Positions 1-9,121 of a DNA stretch of 64,000 nt are shown piece after piece; position 1 is the first letter of the stretch; each line of letters opens with the position of its first letter. Origin of the DNA: Acidimicrobiia bacterium (GTDB lineage: Bacteria; Actinomycetota; Acidimicrobiia; Spongiisociales; UBA5794); contig DATHUV010000004.1 of the NCBI GenBank assembly GCA_035461905.1, positions 6,850 to 70,849 of the forward strand, in the 5' to 3' direction. Made by a program: the position numbers and the translations under genes. The notes beneath the pieces are model-generated. The model had not been told where the DNA came from. It made no database searches and saw nothing but the letters and a program-made list of their open reading frames with translations.

Positions 1-1059
1 GCAGCCCACTGCGAGGGCGAGCGGGATGTCAGGGATGGCGAGGTGCACGATGGTGCCCGCCGTACCACCCATGAAGATCATCGGGAACACGTTGCCGCCG
101 AGGAACCCCACCTCCAGGCTCAGTGACATCGCGACCATCTTGGCGACCAGGACGAGGATCAGCAGGCCGACGCCAAGTGCTGCCGAGGTGTCGATCACGA
201 CTCCGAGCTGGGACTGACCGGCGCCGACCGTAAGCGGCAGGGCGAACGCAATCAACCCGACGAGCGCACCGCCTCCGATACCGAGGACGTACCGGTTCGG
301 GACGAGCGCGCACACCTTTCGCACGGCGAGGACGATCCCGACGAAGACCAGCATCAGCAACGCGGCGAAGGCACCGAGACCCACCGCGATCAGGATGTCG
401 CTGATCTCGAAGTCGTATGGCGGGGTGTCGTAGCTGCCGAGGAAGGTGCGGCCGGCAACCGCGTAGAAGACGATGAACGCGATCATCGAAGCGATCAACT
501 GCGGGATGATCGATGCCACGTACCGGTTGCGAGGAAGGGGCTCGAGCTCGGACACCATGAAGGCCCCCAGGATCGGCGATGTGAAGGCGCCACCGAAGGC
601 ACCGGCGATACCGGTCAGGGTGTAGTCCTGATCTGCTCCGCCCTCGGCCCAACGCCGCGAGGCGATCCACGAGCCGAGCCCGCCTCCCATGATCACCAGG
701 GCAAACGACGGTCCGAGGCTCGCCCCGGTGACGGCGGAGACCACAGCGAGGACCAACCAATGCGGGACAGACGTGTGATCGACGTCTGCGGCCTCGATGA
801 ACGCCACCCCGCCGGGGACCTCGTCAGCGACGTGCCACATCGACCTGAGGAAGACGACGATGAACCCACCGAACGCGGTCAACGGAACCCACCACCACTC
901 ACCAGACCACACGGCTCCGTCACTCTCGGGGAAGACCCGATCGATGACCCACCCGGTGCCAGTGATGTAGATCAGCCCGAGGACCCCACCTGCGATCCCG
1001 AGCAGGACCGCAATACGAAGCAGTCGTCGGTACCACGGCACATCGAATGGCAGCACCAC
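1..1059 (-). CDS. ClC-family chloride channel / H+-Cl- antiporter, partial (runs off the window start; N-terminal part present)
   Basis: Minus-strand frame is open from a GTG at 1059 preceded by AAGGGAGG, and is not in the ORF track because no stop lies inside the window. The translation is polytopic hydrophobic and contains GGFLGGNVFPMIFMGGTAG, resembling the ClC GxFxP selectivity segment, and GASLGPSFAL. The listed ORFs 29..760(-) and 760..1626(+) are Arg-rich shadow frames. Confidence 0.5.
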   Translation of the reverse strand, partial: MVLPFDVPWYRRLLRIAVLLGIAGGVLGLIYITGTGWVIDRVFPESDGAVWSGEWWWVPLTAFGGFIVVFLRSMWHVADEVPGGVAFIEAADVDHTSVPHWLVLAVVSAVTGASLGPSFALVIMGGGLGSWIASRRWAEGGADQDYTLTGIAGAFGGAFTSPILGAFMVSELEPLPRNRYVASIIPQLIASMIAFIVFYAVAGRTFLGSYDTPPYDFEISDILIAVGLGAFAALLMLVFVGIVLAVRKVCALVPNRYVLGIGGGALVGLIAFALPLTVGAGQSQLGVVIDTSAALGVGLLILVLVAKMVAMSLSLEVGFLGGNVFPMIFMGGTAGTIVHLAIPDIPLALAVGC

Positions 1060-1194
1060 CCCTCCCTTCTGCCGGCGTCCTGCCGATCCTCTGGCGCTCG
1101 AACTGCCCTGATCGCTCGTGACACGCGCGATCGCGGCGAGCCTACCTCAGTGTGCGGAGGGGACCGGATCACCGACGATCGGCGACCGGAGGAC

Positions 1195-1836
1195 CTACCC
1201 GACCGTGCGATCGTCCGCTTCCCGGCCGACGACGAACCAGATGGCGTGGACCTCCTCGTCGCCCTTGTTGTACAGGCGGTGCGGTCGGGTCGAGTCGAAG
1301 GCGATCGAGTCCCCAGAGTTGAGGACGTATTCCTCGAAGCCGATCTGGATCCCCAGGGTCCCGCTCACGATGTAGCCGTACTCGCGACCGTGGTGGCGCA
1401 TCAGCGATTGATCGGGTGTCGAGGTACCGCCCACCTCGTAGATGGCGTGGAGGAAGTCGATGTCATCCTCCGTCTCAGCATTCAGGTCTTCCCAGCGGAC
1501 ACCCGAGGCGAGCTCGATGGAGCGCCGCTCACCGGGGTGCACGAGCGGAGCGTCGGACTCCGTGCGGTCTCCGTTCGAGGACGCATCCGGTGCGAACTCC
1601 TCACCCCTGATGACCCTGTCGAGTGAGATACCAAGCTCGGTGACGATCGCATACAACGTGCCGACCGACGGTTTCGACATCCCGCTCTCGAGCTGGGAGA
1701 TGAGGCTGGCCGACAATCCGAGGCGCCTGGCCAGCTCCCGCTGGCTGATGCCCGCCCTGACGCGTTCCTCCCTGAGCCGGTCCCCGATCCCGTCGAGCGC
1801 CTCGGGAACCGTCGTGGATCGCTGGACCTCGGTCAC
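1195..1836 (-). CDS. XRE-family HTH transcriptional regulator with C-terminal cupin domain
   Basis: N-terminal helix-turn-helix (ISQRELARRLGLSASLISQLESG) and a C-terminal cupin-like beta-barrel region. 4-nt overlap with the downstream SDR gene. Confidence 0.8.
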   Translation of the reverse strand: MTEVQRSTTVPEALDGIGDRLREERVRAGISQRELARRLGLSASLISQLESGMSKPSVGTLYAIVTELGISLDRVIRGEEFAPDASSNGDRTESDAPLVHPGERRSIELASGVRWEDLNAETEDDIDFLHAIYEVGGTSTPDQSLMRHHGREYGYIVSGTLGIQIGFEEYVLNSGDSIAFDSTRPHRLYNKGDEEVHAIWFVVGREADDRTVG

Positions 1837-2525
1837 AGGAGCATCCAGCCGCCGTCGACGTAGAGGTTCGTGCCATTCATCGCCCTGTTCTCGAGCAGGA
1901 ACACCGTCGCGTCGACGACCTCGGCCATTGTCGCCAACCGGCCCGTCGGCGTTCGCTTGATCACGGCATCGAGCGGCTTGTTCTCCCAGAACGGGCTGTC
2001 GCCGACGATTCCCGGGTGGATCGCATTGAACCGGATCGGGGCGAGCTCGATGGCGAGGGTGTTGATGATGCTGCTGATGCCCCCGTTGACGGTGGTCACC
2101 GTGGTCGACCCCGGGTACGGGCGGTCCTTCGCCCTCCCGCCGAAGAGGACGACCGACGAGTCGTCGGAGAGGCGGTCCAGCAGGGTGTGGATCGTGGCGG
2201 TGTAGCCGACGAGCTTCATCGTCGTGAGGTTGATCGCGCCCTCGATCGAGTATTCGCGCACGGGGTTGTTGTCCCTGGCGATCGCCGAAAGCACCAGGCG
2301 CGACACGGGCCCGACGTCCGAGAGGGCGCTTGCGATGGTCTCCGGCTTGGCGAGGTCGAAGCCGAGGCCGACGACCCCTTCACCGATCTCGGTCGCGATC
2401 GAGGCCGAACGTTCGGGCTCGCTGCCGGTGATGATCACCGAACTGCCACGCTCGTGGTAGTGCCGAGCGACCTCCCTGCCCAGTCCACCTGTTCCGCCGA
2501 CTATGACGACAGATCCCTCGGTCAT
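1833..2525 (-). CDS. SDR-family NAD(P)-dependent oxidoreductase
   Basis: N-terminal VIVGGTGGLG Rossmann motif, classical SDR length (230 aa), consistent hydrophobic pattern. Confidence 0.85.
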   Translation of the reverse strand: MTEGSVVIVGGTGGLGREVARHYHERGSSVIITGSEPERSASIATEIGEGVVGLGFDLAKPETIASALSDVGPVSRLVLSAIARDNNPVREYSIEGAINLTTMKLVGYTATIHTLLDRLSDDSSVVLFGGRAKDRPYPGSTTVTTVNGGISSIINTLAIELAPIRFNAIHPGIVGDSPFWENKPLDAVIKRTPTGRLATMAEVVDATVFLLENRAMNGTNLYVDGGWMLL

Positions 2526-2739
2526 CGCGACCCGCTCCTTCGTTGCTCACAGCGAGGATAGACACACACAGGCGCCGTGTGCAGTGGCGTTGATCGAGAA
2601 TCAAGCCCTGACGGCCGCGCGGCATCGGTCGGTACCCGCTCCAAGGTGCGCTCTGCACCATACGCCTCAGCCGATTCTGGGAAATCTTCCCCAACTGATG
2701 CGAGCGACCCTCGAACGAAGTGTGTAGTGTCACTGGACA

Positions 2740-3630
2740 ATGAAGGCGACAAACCCGACAGTGGCGGTGATCGGTATCGGTCGGATGGGTGGCGCAATGG
2801 CGGCGACCCTCGCCCGAGCCGGATTCAGCACGATCCTGTGGAACCGCAACCGATCGAAGGCCGACGCCGTCGGCGCGGCGATCGGTGCACCGGTGGCTGC
2901 CACGGCAGCTGAAGCGGCATCTCGCGCCGACGTCGTCCTGACCAGCCTCGCCGACGATGCCGCCGTCCTGGACACCTACCTCGCCCCCGACGGAATCGTC
3001 GCGGGCGTCACACCGGGCACCGTCGTGCTCGAGACCAGCACCATCGACCCCGAAACCGTGCAGAGGGTCGGCGCCGCGATCGACGCGGCCGGTGGAGCCC
3101 ACCTCGACTGCCCCGTTTCGGGAAGCGTCTCCACCGTGGAGGCTGGCGCGCTGACGATCATGGTCGGGGGCGCCACTGAGGTGCTCGAGCGGGCGAGGCC
3201 GGTCCTCGACGCCTTGGCATCCAACGTCATCCACGTCGGGGACCGCGGCGCGGGTGCCGCAACCAAGCTGGCCGTCAACGGGCTCGTCCACGGGCTCAAC
3301 GTCGCGCTGTCCGAAGCGGTGGTCCTCGCCGAGCGGGCGGGCGTCGACCGAACGAAGGCATACGAAGTGTTCGCGACCGGTGCAGGCGGTGCACCGTTCG
3401 TGCAGTACAAGCGGGACGCCTACGAGCACCCCGACGAGGCAGTCGTGGCGTTCAGCCTCGACCTCGTCGCCAAGGACCTCGAACTCATCACGGGCCTCGG
3501 CGAACGGGTCGGGGCACCGATGCGCCAGGCGGCCGCCGGCCTCGACATCGTCAACAGCGCCATCGGCGCCGGCTTCGGGGACCGGGACCTCAGCGCGATC
3601 GCCGTGTACCTGCGGGAGGGAGCAACCTGA
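2740..3630 (+). CDS. NAD(P)-dependent oxidoreductase, 3-hydroxyisobutyrate dehydrogenase (HIBADH/6PGDH-like) family
   Basis: N-terminal VAVIGIGRMGGAMA dinucleotide-binding motif; about 296 aa with a C-terminal 6PGDH-like helical domain. Stop overlaps the next gene start (TGATG). Confidence 0.8.
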   Translation: MKATNPTVAVIGIGRMGGAMAATLARAGFSTILWNRNRSKADAVGAAIGAPVAATAAEAASRADVVLTSLADDAAVLDTYLAPDGIVAGVTPGTVVLETSTIDPETVQRVGAAIDAAGGAHLDCPVSGSVSTVEAGALTIMVGGATEVLERARPVLDALASNVIHVGDRGAGAATKLAVNGLVHGLNVALSEAVVLAERAGVDRTKAYEVFATGAGGAPFVQYKRDAYEHPDEAVVAFSLDLVAKDLELITGLGERVGAPMRQAAAGLDIVNSAIGAGFGDRDLSAIAVYLREGAT

Positions 3631-4541
3631 TGTCCCACCACATCGTCAAGACCTCACCCAACCTCACCTACGACATCCCGGCCGAGTTCCGCGGCCGCAG
3701 CTCCGGCTATACGGGGGACTTCGTCGTGGATGAGGCGGCCGGCTCGGTGCAGATGGGGTTCCGTGTCGCAAGGCTGGAGCCCGGCGGACACGTCGAGGCC
3801 CACATCCACTCGTTCGAGGAATCGATATACGTCATCGACGGCACCCTCGCCCTCGACACGCCCGAAGGAAGCCATGAGCTCTCGACGGGCGACTACGCGC
3901 TTGTGCCCGTCGGCATGACCCATGCACTGCGGAACCATTCGGATGCACCCGTCGCCTTCGCCGAGATGAAAGCGCCGCTGCCCAGGGAGCGGTTCGCGTA
4001 CGACACCCACTTCCCCGGCCCCCTGGCCTCCGCCAAGCCGGCTGCCATCGACGTCCGCGACCCTCGGAACCGGTACTTCGGGCACATCGACGCAGCATCG
4101 ATGGATCCCACGCTCCAGACCCAGGACCGGCTGGCGCTGAGTGCCAGCATGCGGACCGCGCTCCTCGTCTACAGCGGCATCAGCGTGAAGATGATGGTCG
4201 ACTCGGACCTCGGAGCCGACCTGTCGACGATGTTCATGGTCCAGTACGAGCAGGGCGGCTTCGCAGGCGCCCACGACCATCCCCTCGAGGAGGCGTACCT
4301 CATCCTCGAGGGCGAGGTCGAGGCTGTCTTCGACGGGTCTCACTACGAGCTCGCACCGGGGGACGTCGCGTGGGCGGGCGTCGGATGTGTCCACGAGTTC
4401 CGCAACATCGGTGCCGGCAAGGTCCGGTGGCTCGAGACCCAGGCTCCTCAGCCCCCTCCGAGGCACTCCTACCGATTTGCACGTGATTGGTCATATCTCG
4501 AGAACGCACTGGCCGACGAAATTCGACCGGGCACGCAGTAG
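3630..4541 (+). CDS. bicupin (two cupin domains) protein, function unknown
   Basis: Two repeated cupin-like segments with His/Glu metal-ligand patterns (HxH...E at aa ~57-65 and HDHPLEE at aa ~215). 303 aa is a typical bicupin size. Confidence 0.7.
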   Translation: MSHHIVKTSPNLTYDIPAEFRGRSSGYTGDFVVDEAAGSVQMGFRVARLEPGGHVEAHIHSFEESIYVIDGTLALDTPEGSHELSTGDYALVPVGMTHALRNHSDAPVAFAEMKAPLPRERFAYDTHFPGPLASAKPAAIDVRDPRNRYFGHIDAASMDPTLQTQDRLALSASMRTALLVYSGISVKMMVDSDLGADLSTMFMVQYEQGGFAGAHDHPLEEAYLILEGEVEAVFDGSHYELAPGDVAWAGVGCVHEFRNIGAGKVRWLETQAPQPPPRHSYRFARDWSYLENALADEIRPGTQ

Positions 4542-4559
4542 AGCGCGAGGAGTACACGA

Positions 4560-5813
4560 ATGGGCGAGTTTCCGGTGGCCACGAGTCCAGCCCCTGGGGT
4601 GATGGGCGTCGATTGGGAGAACAGGGTCGACTTCGAGAGGCTCCGGCAGTACCGGCTCGGGCGCGTGAAGATGATGCTCGAGCAGTTCGACCTCGGCGCC
4701 GTGCTGCTGTTCGAGACCTCGAACATCCGCTACGCAACAGCCACCCAGATCGGGTACTGGGCCTTCAACAAGGGCGAGCGGTGGGCACTCGTCACGCGGG
4801 AGGGCCGTCCCAAGGTCTGGGACTTCGGCTCGGCGGCGAAGGCACACCGCCTCCAGCTCCCCCACATGTACGACACGGAGAACTCGGTCGGTGGCAATAC
4901 GGGGCTCCAGGGCGCGATCGGGCCCGAGACCGGGCTCCACGCTCGGGCGGTCCGCGAGATCAAAGGTGCACTGGAGGACGCAGGCGTCGCCCACGAGAAG
5001 CTCGGTGTCGACCTCGCCGAGACAGCCGTCTTCCTCTCACTGCAGTCAGCGGGGCTCGACGTCGTCGACGGCCAGCAGGCGATGATGCATGCCAGGGAGA
5101 TCAAGAACCCCGACGAGATCATGCTGCTCACCCAAGCGTGCGCGATGGTCGACGGCGTGTACCAGGACATCTACGAGATGCTCAAGCCGGGGATCCGCGA
5201 GTCGGATGTCGTCGGCATGGCCCACAAACGGCTCTTCGAGATGGGATCCGAGTTCGTGGAGGCGATCAACTCGATCGCGGGCGAGCGGTGTAGCCCCCAC
5301 CCACACGTCTTCAGCGACAGGCTGATCCGCCCGGGCGACCAGGCGTACTTCGACATCATCCACGCCTTCAACGGGTACCGCACGTGCTACTACCGCACCT
5401 TTGCGGTCGGACGGGCGACCCAATCCCAGCGCGATGCGTTCAAGCAGTCGAGGGAGTGGATGGACGCCGCGATCGACCTCGTCAAGCCGGGAGGCACGAC
5501 GGACCAGATCGCCAAGGTGTGGCCACGGGCTGAGGAGTTCGGATTCGCCGACGAGATGGACGCGTTCGGGCTCCAGTTCGGGCACGGTGTCGGCGTCGGG
5601 CTGCACGAGCGCCCCATCATCAGCAGGCTGAACTCCCTCGAGACCCCTGTCGAGATCAAGGAAGGCATGGTCTTCGCCCTCGAGACGTATGCACCAGCCG
5701 ACGACGGCCACTCCGCGGCACGGATCGAGGAGGAAGTCGTTGTGACCGCGGACGGGTGCAAGGTCATCACCCTGTTCCCATGCGAGGACCTCATGGTGGC
5801 GAATGCCTACTGA
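4560..5813 (+). CDS. M24-family metallohydrolase (creatinase / Xaa-Pro peptidase / ectoine-hydrolase-like)
   Basis: N-terminal creatinase_N-like domain and C-terminal pita-bread fold with conserved His/Glu/Asp metal ligands (HGVGVGLHE, ALETY). 417 aa. Confidence 0.8.
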   Translation: MGEFPVATSPAPGVMGVDWENRVDFERLRQYRLGRVKMMLEQFDLGAVLLFETSNIRYATATQIGYWAFNKGERWALVTREGRPKVWDFGSAAKAHRLQLPHMYDTENSVGGNTGLQGAIGPETGLHARAVREIKGALEDAGVAHEKLGVDLAETAVFLSLQSAGLDVVDGQQAMMHAREIKNPDEIMLLTQACAMVDGVYQDIYEMLKPGIRESDVVGMAHKRLFEMGSEFVEAINSIAGERCSPHPHVFSDRLIRPGDQAYFDIIHAFNGYRTCYYRTFAVGRATQSQRDAFKQSREWMDAAIDLVKPGGTTDQIAKVWPRAEEFGFADEMDAFGLQFGHGVGVGLHERPIISRLNSLETPVEIKEGMVFALETYAPADDGHSAARIEEEVVVTADGCKVITLFPCEDLMVANAY

Positions 5814-6864
5814 TCCCCGATACGACTACGCGCTCCGAGAGCCGCGCCTCCCCGATCCGGTGGACCACACGCTCGCGGACGCCGACATCGACATCGCGGT
5901 GAGGCTCGGGATGTATCGGAAGTTGCAAGAGCTGCGCCAGTTCTCCAAGCGCGCCCACGACCTGTTCCTCCAGAACCTGGTGAAGGGCACGACCCACCTG
6001 TCCCTCGGGATGGAGGCGATCGCGACCGGCTTCGGTGCCGCGATGAAACCCGGTGACTACACCTTTGCCACGTATCGGGGGCACGCCCACTCGTTGGCCA
6101 GGGGCATGGACCTCGGTGCCGCCATGGCCGAGCTCCTCGGAAGGGACAACGGCATCCTCGGCGGTAAGGGCGGGTCGATGCATCTCACCGATGTATCGAA
6201 AGGGATGATGGGCTCGTACGCGATCATCGGGGCGCACTTGTGCATCGCGAACGGTGCGGCGTGGTCCGCTCAGATGCGAGGAACCGATCAGGTCGCCGTC
6301 GCCTTCTTCGGGGACGGGACGACCAACATCGGTGCGTTCCACGAAGCGCTCAACATGGCCAAGATCTGGGACCTCCCCGTCGTGTTCGTGTGCGAGAACA
6401 ACCTCTACATGGAGTACACGCCGATCGACGTCATCACGGCGGTCGACCACCCCGCTGCGGGCAGGGCGTCCGCGTACGACCTCGAATCGATCCTGATCGA
6501 CGGCAACGACCCCGACGCCGTGTACCTCACGGCGAAAGAGGCCATCGCCCGTGCACGCGCCGGCGAGGGTCCGTCCCTGATCGAAGCGGTCACCTACCGC
6601 ACCGGTGGCCACTCACGGGCCGACCCTGCCAAGTACCGGCCCGCCGACGAGGTCCAGGCATGGGCGGGACGCGACCCCATCCCCGTGTACCACGAGCGGC
6701 TGCTGTCCATCGGGACACCGGAGGCTGAGCTCTCCACGATCGAGCGCGAGGTGGCCGACGCCATCGACGCGGCGACGGACTTCGCAAAGTCAGGAAGGGA
6801 ACCGGGGGCCGAGGTGCTGCTCACCGACGTCTGGGCGGACGGGGGGTCGCAGTGGCGGAATTGA
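5803..6864 (+). CDS. TPP-dependent 2-oxoacid/acetoin dehydrogenase E1 component, alpha subunit
   Basis: TPP-binding GDG-x(n)-NN pattern (FFGDGTTNIG...VFVCENNLY) and the YRxGGHS phospho-loop motif typical of PdhA/AcoA. Overlaps the previous and next genes. Confidence 0.85.
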   Translation: MPTDPRYDYALREPRLPDPVDHTLADADIDIAVRLGMYRKLQELRQFSKRAHDLFLQNLVKGTTHLSLGMEAIATGFGAAMKPGDYTFATYRGHAHSLARGMDLGAAMAELLGRDNGILGGKGGSMHLTDVSKGMMGSYAIIGAHLCIANGAAWSAQMRGTDQVAVAFFGDGTTNIGAFHEALNMAKIWDLPVVFVCENNLYMEYTPIDVITAVDHPAAGRASAYDLESILIDGNDPDAVYLTAKEAIARARAGEGPSLIEAVTYRTGGHSRADPAKYRPADEVQAWAGRDPIPVYHERLLSIGTPEAELSTIEREVADAIDAATDFAKSGREPGAEVLLTDVWADGGSQWRN

Positions 6865-7841
6865 GCTACCGGGACGCCGTTGCCTACGGGATCGCTCAAG
6901 AGATGCGTCGCGACCCGCATCTCGTCATGCTCGGCGAGGACATCGCCGCGGCTGGCGGCGTGTTCAAGACGACCGTCGGTCTCCTCGACGAGTTCGGACC
7001 CGACCGCGTCCGCGACACCCCGATCTCGGAGCAGGCCATCATCGGAGCGGCCATGGGTGCGGCGATGACCGGGGTGCCCGTGATCGCCGAGATCATGTTT
7101 TCCGACTTCCTCGCCGTGTGCTGGGACATGATCGCCAACGAGATCGCCAAGAGCCGCTACATGACCAACGGCCAGGTGTCGTTCCCCCTCGTCATCAGGA
7201 CGGCGAACGGCGGAGGCGCACGCTTCGGAGCCCAGCACTCCCAGAGCGTCGAGAACTGGGCGATGATGATCCCCGGCCTCAAGGTCGTCGCGCCCTCCAC
7301 TCCCCTCGACGTCGTCGGCCTCATGGCTGCCGCCATTCGGGATCCCGACCCCGTCATCTTCTTCGAGCACAAGGCCCTGATGGCGACCAAAGCGGAGATT
7401 CCCGACGGCGAGGTCGTCGACGAGCTCGGGACGGCGAGGATCGTGCGTGAAGGGACCGATGTCACGATTGCCGCGCTCGCCCTGATGGTTCCCAGGGCCC
7501 TCGAGGCGGCCGAAAGGCTCGCCGAGGAGGGGATCTCGGCGGAAGTCATCGACCTCCGGTCGCTCGTCCCCCTCGACACGCACACCCTCCTCGAGTCGGC
7601 GACGAGGACCGGAAGGCTCTTCACCGTTGAGGAGAACCCCCGACTGTGCGGGTGGGGCGCCGAGATCGTCTCGATCGTCGGTGAGGAGGCGTTCTGGGAC
7701 CTCGACGGTCCCTGCGTCCGGATCACCACACCGCACATCCCGCTCCCTTCAGCGGCTTCCCTCGAGGACCTCGCGCTGCCGTCGGTGGACCGCATCTACG
7801 AGACGGTCGCCAAGTCGGTCGATTCGAGGAGCGGGACATGA
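6852..7841 (+). CDS. TPP-dependent dehydrogenase E1 component, beta subunit (transketolase-like pyrimidine-binding plus C-terminal domain)
   Basis: Typical E1-beta sequence (EFGPDRVRDTPISEQAIIGAAMGAAMTG, FEHKAL, EVIDLRSLVPLD). ATGA overlap with the downstream amidohydrolase. Confidence 0.85.
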   Translation: MAELSYRDAVAYGIAQEMRRDPHLVMLGEDIAAAGGVFKTTVGLLDEFGPDRVRDTPISEQAIIGAAMGAAMTGVPVIAEIMFSDFLAVCWDMIANEIAKSRYMTNGQVSFPLVIRTANGGGARFGAQHSQSVENWAMMIPGLKVVAPSTPLDVVGLMAAAIRDPDPVIFFEHKALMATKAEIPDGEVVDELGTARIVREGTDVTIAALALMVPRALEAAERLAEEGISAEVIDLRSLVPLDTHTLLESATRTGRLFTVEENPRLCGWGAEIVSIVGEEAFWDLDGPCVRITTPHIPLPSAASLEDLALPSVDRIYETVAKSVDSRSGT

Positions 7842-9121
7842 GCTCCAGCTACCTCGTGCGTGGCGGCGTCGTCCTCACCCTGGGCGCTCGCACGCAGAAC
7901 CACGCAGAGGCAGACGTGCTGATCGAGGACGGGGTCATCACCGAGATCGGACAAGGGCTCCGAGCACGGACCGCCGAGACGATCGACGCGTCGCACGCGA
8001 TCATCATGCCGGGATTCGTGGATGGACACCGGCGTTGCCGCATGTCCCTCTTCAAGAACGACGGCACCCTGTCAGCCGTTGACGACCCCTCCCCCGATGT
8101 CGTCTACGCCGGAACCCTTGTGTCGTTGCTCGCAGCAGCAGAGGCCGGCGTCACGACCGTCGTCGACTGGTACGACGGACCGGCCGGTGGTGACCACCTC
8201 GATGCGGCACTGCGCGCCCACGCGGAATCGGGAATGCGGACGGTGTTCGTGATGGCGCCGAACCACGACCCGGTCGAGACGTGGCGCGACACCGTGGCAC
8301 GCCACGGGATGATGCCGAGCCCCACAACCTCTCTCGCCGCTGGCATCCGGTCGATCCACGGACGAGGTGCCGACGACTCGAAGGCACTGTGGGCAGCCGC
8401 GCGCGACGCCGGACTGCGCGTCCACGTAATTGCGGGGCCGAGCGAGCGGGACTCGTTCACAGGGCCCTCCCGTGACCTCCTTGGCGCGAACGTCACCGTT
8501 GCGCATTGCTGCGGTCTCTCCGACAGCGACCTCGACGCACTTGCCTCGTCAGGTGCAGGCGTCATCCTGACCCCGACGAGCGACATGACCGACGGGCCGG
8601 GCGCGCCTGCGGTGCAGGCCTTCCTCGATCGCGGCATTCGGCCGGGCCTCGGCGTCGACAACGACCTCCTCGGCCCCGGCGACATCCTCGCACAGATGCG
8701 AGCCGCCATCTCGGTCCAGCATGCGACCTACTTCGACCTCAAGCTCGCCGGCAAGGGCGGCCTGCCCAACCTCCTCACCACCCGCGACGTCATCAAGTAC
8801 GGCACGATCGACGGAGCCCGCGCCATCGGACTTGGCGAGGTCACCGGATCGATCGAGGTCGGGAAGGCTGCCGACCTCATCGTCCTGCGCACGGACAAGC
8901 CGAACATCCATCCCGTCAACGACCCCATCGGAGCCGTCGTGTGGGGTGTTGACACCTCGAACCTCGATGTCGTCCTCGTCGGCGGACAGCCGCTCATGCG
9001 CGATGGCGTGCTCACCAGCGACACTGGACGCATCCGCACGCTCGTGAACGATGCCCGCGGTCGGGTCGGCGCCACTGCGGGATCGCCGCCTCCCGAGAAG
9101 ACGGGATGGGGTGACACGTGA
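7838..9121 (+). CDS. amidohydrolase-family protein (ATZ/TRZ, cytosine/guanine-deaminase-like) with a divergent first metal motif (HxR instead of HxH)
   Basis: C-terminal GSIEVGKAADLIVL signature; metal ligands H (VHVIAG), H (VAHCC), D (GVDND) are present, but the N-terminal motif reads GFVDGHRRCR where HxH is expected (nt 8027-8035). Confidence 0.8.
   Translation: MSSSYLVRGGVVLTLGARTQNHAEADVLIEDGVITEIGQGLRARTAETIDASHAIIMPGFVDGHRRCRMSLFKNDGTLSAVDDPSPDVVYAGTLVSLLAAAEAGVTTVVDWYDGPAGGDHLDAALRAHAESGMRTVFVMAPNHDPVETWRDTVARHGMMPSPTTSLAAGIRSIHGRGADDSKALWAAARDAGLRVHVIAGPSERDSFTGPSRDLLGANVTVAHCCGLSDSDLDALASSGAGVILTPTSDMTDGPGAPAVQAFLDRGIRPGLGVDNDLLGPGDILAQMRAAISVQHATYFDLKLAGKGGLPNLLTTRDVIKYGTIDGARAIGLGEVTGSIEVGKAADLIVLRTDKPNIHPVNDPIGAVVWGVDTSNLDVVLVGGQPLMRDGVLTSDTGRIRTLVNDARGRVGATAGSPPPEKTGWGDT

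Noticed and set aside
29-1626. Long listed ORFs 29..760(-) and 760..1626(+)
   Set aside because: Their translations are Arg/Pro/Gly-rich low-complexity products typical of high-GC shadow frames. A third minus-strand frame carries a recognisable membrane-channel sequence.
2380-3429. 349-aa minus-strand ORF overlapping the oxidoreductase gene
   Set aside because: Shadow ORF antisense to a gene with a clear Rossmann motif; its composition is dominated by R, G and D.
6594-7736. 380-aa minus-strand ORF and 281-aa plus-strand ORF (6605..7450) overlapping the E1 genes
   Set aside because: Antisense or alternate-frame shadows of the well-supported E1 alpha/beta genes.
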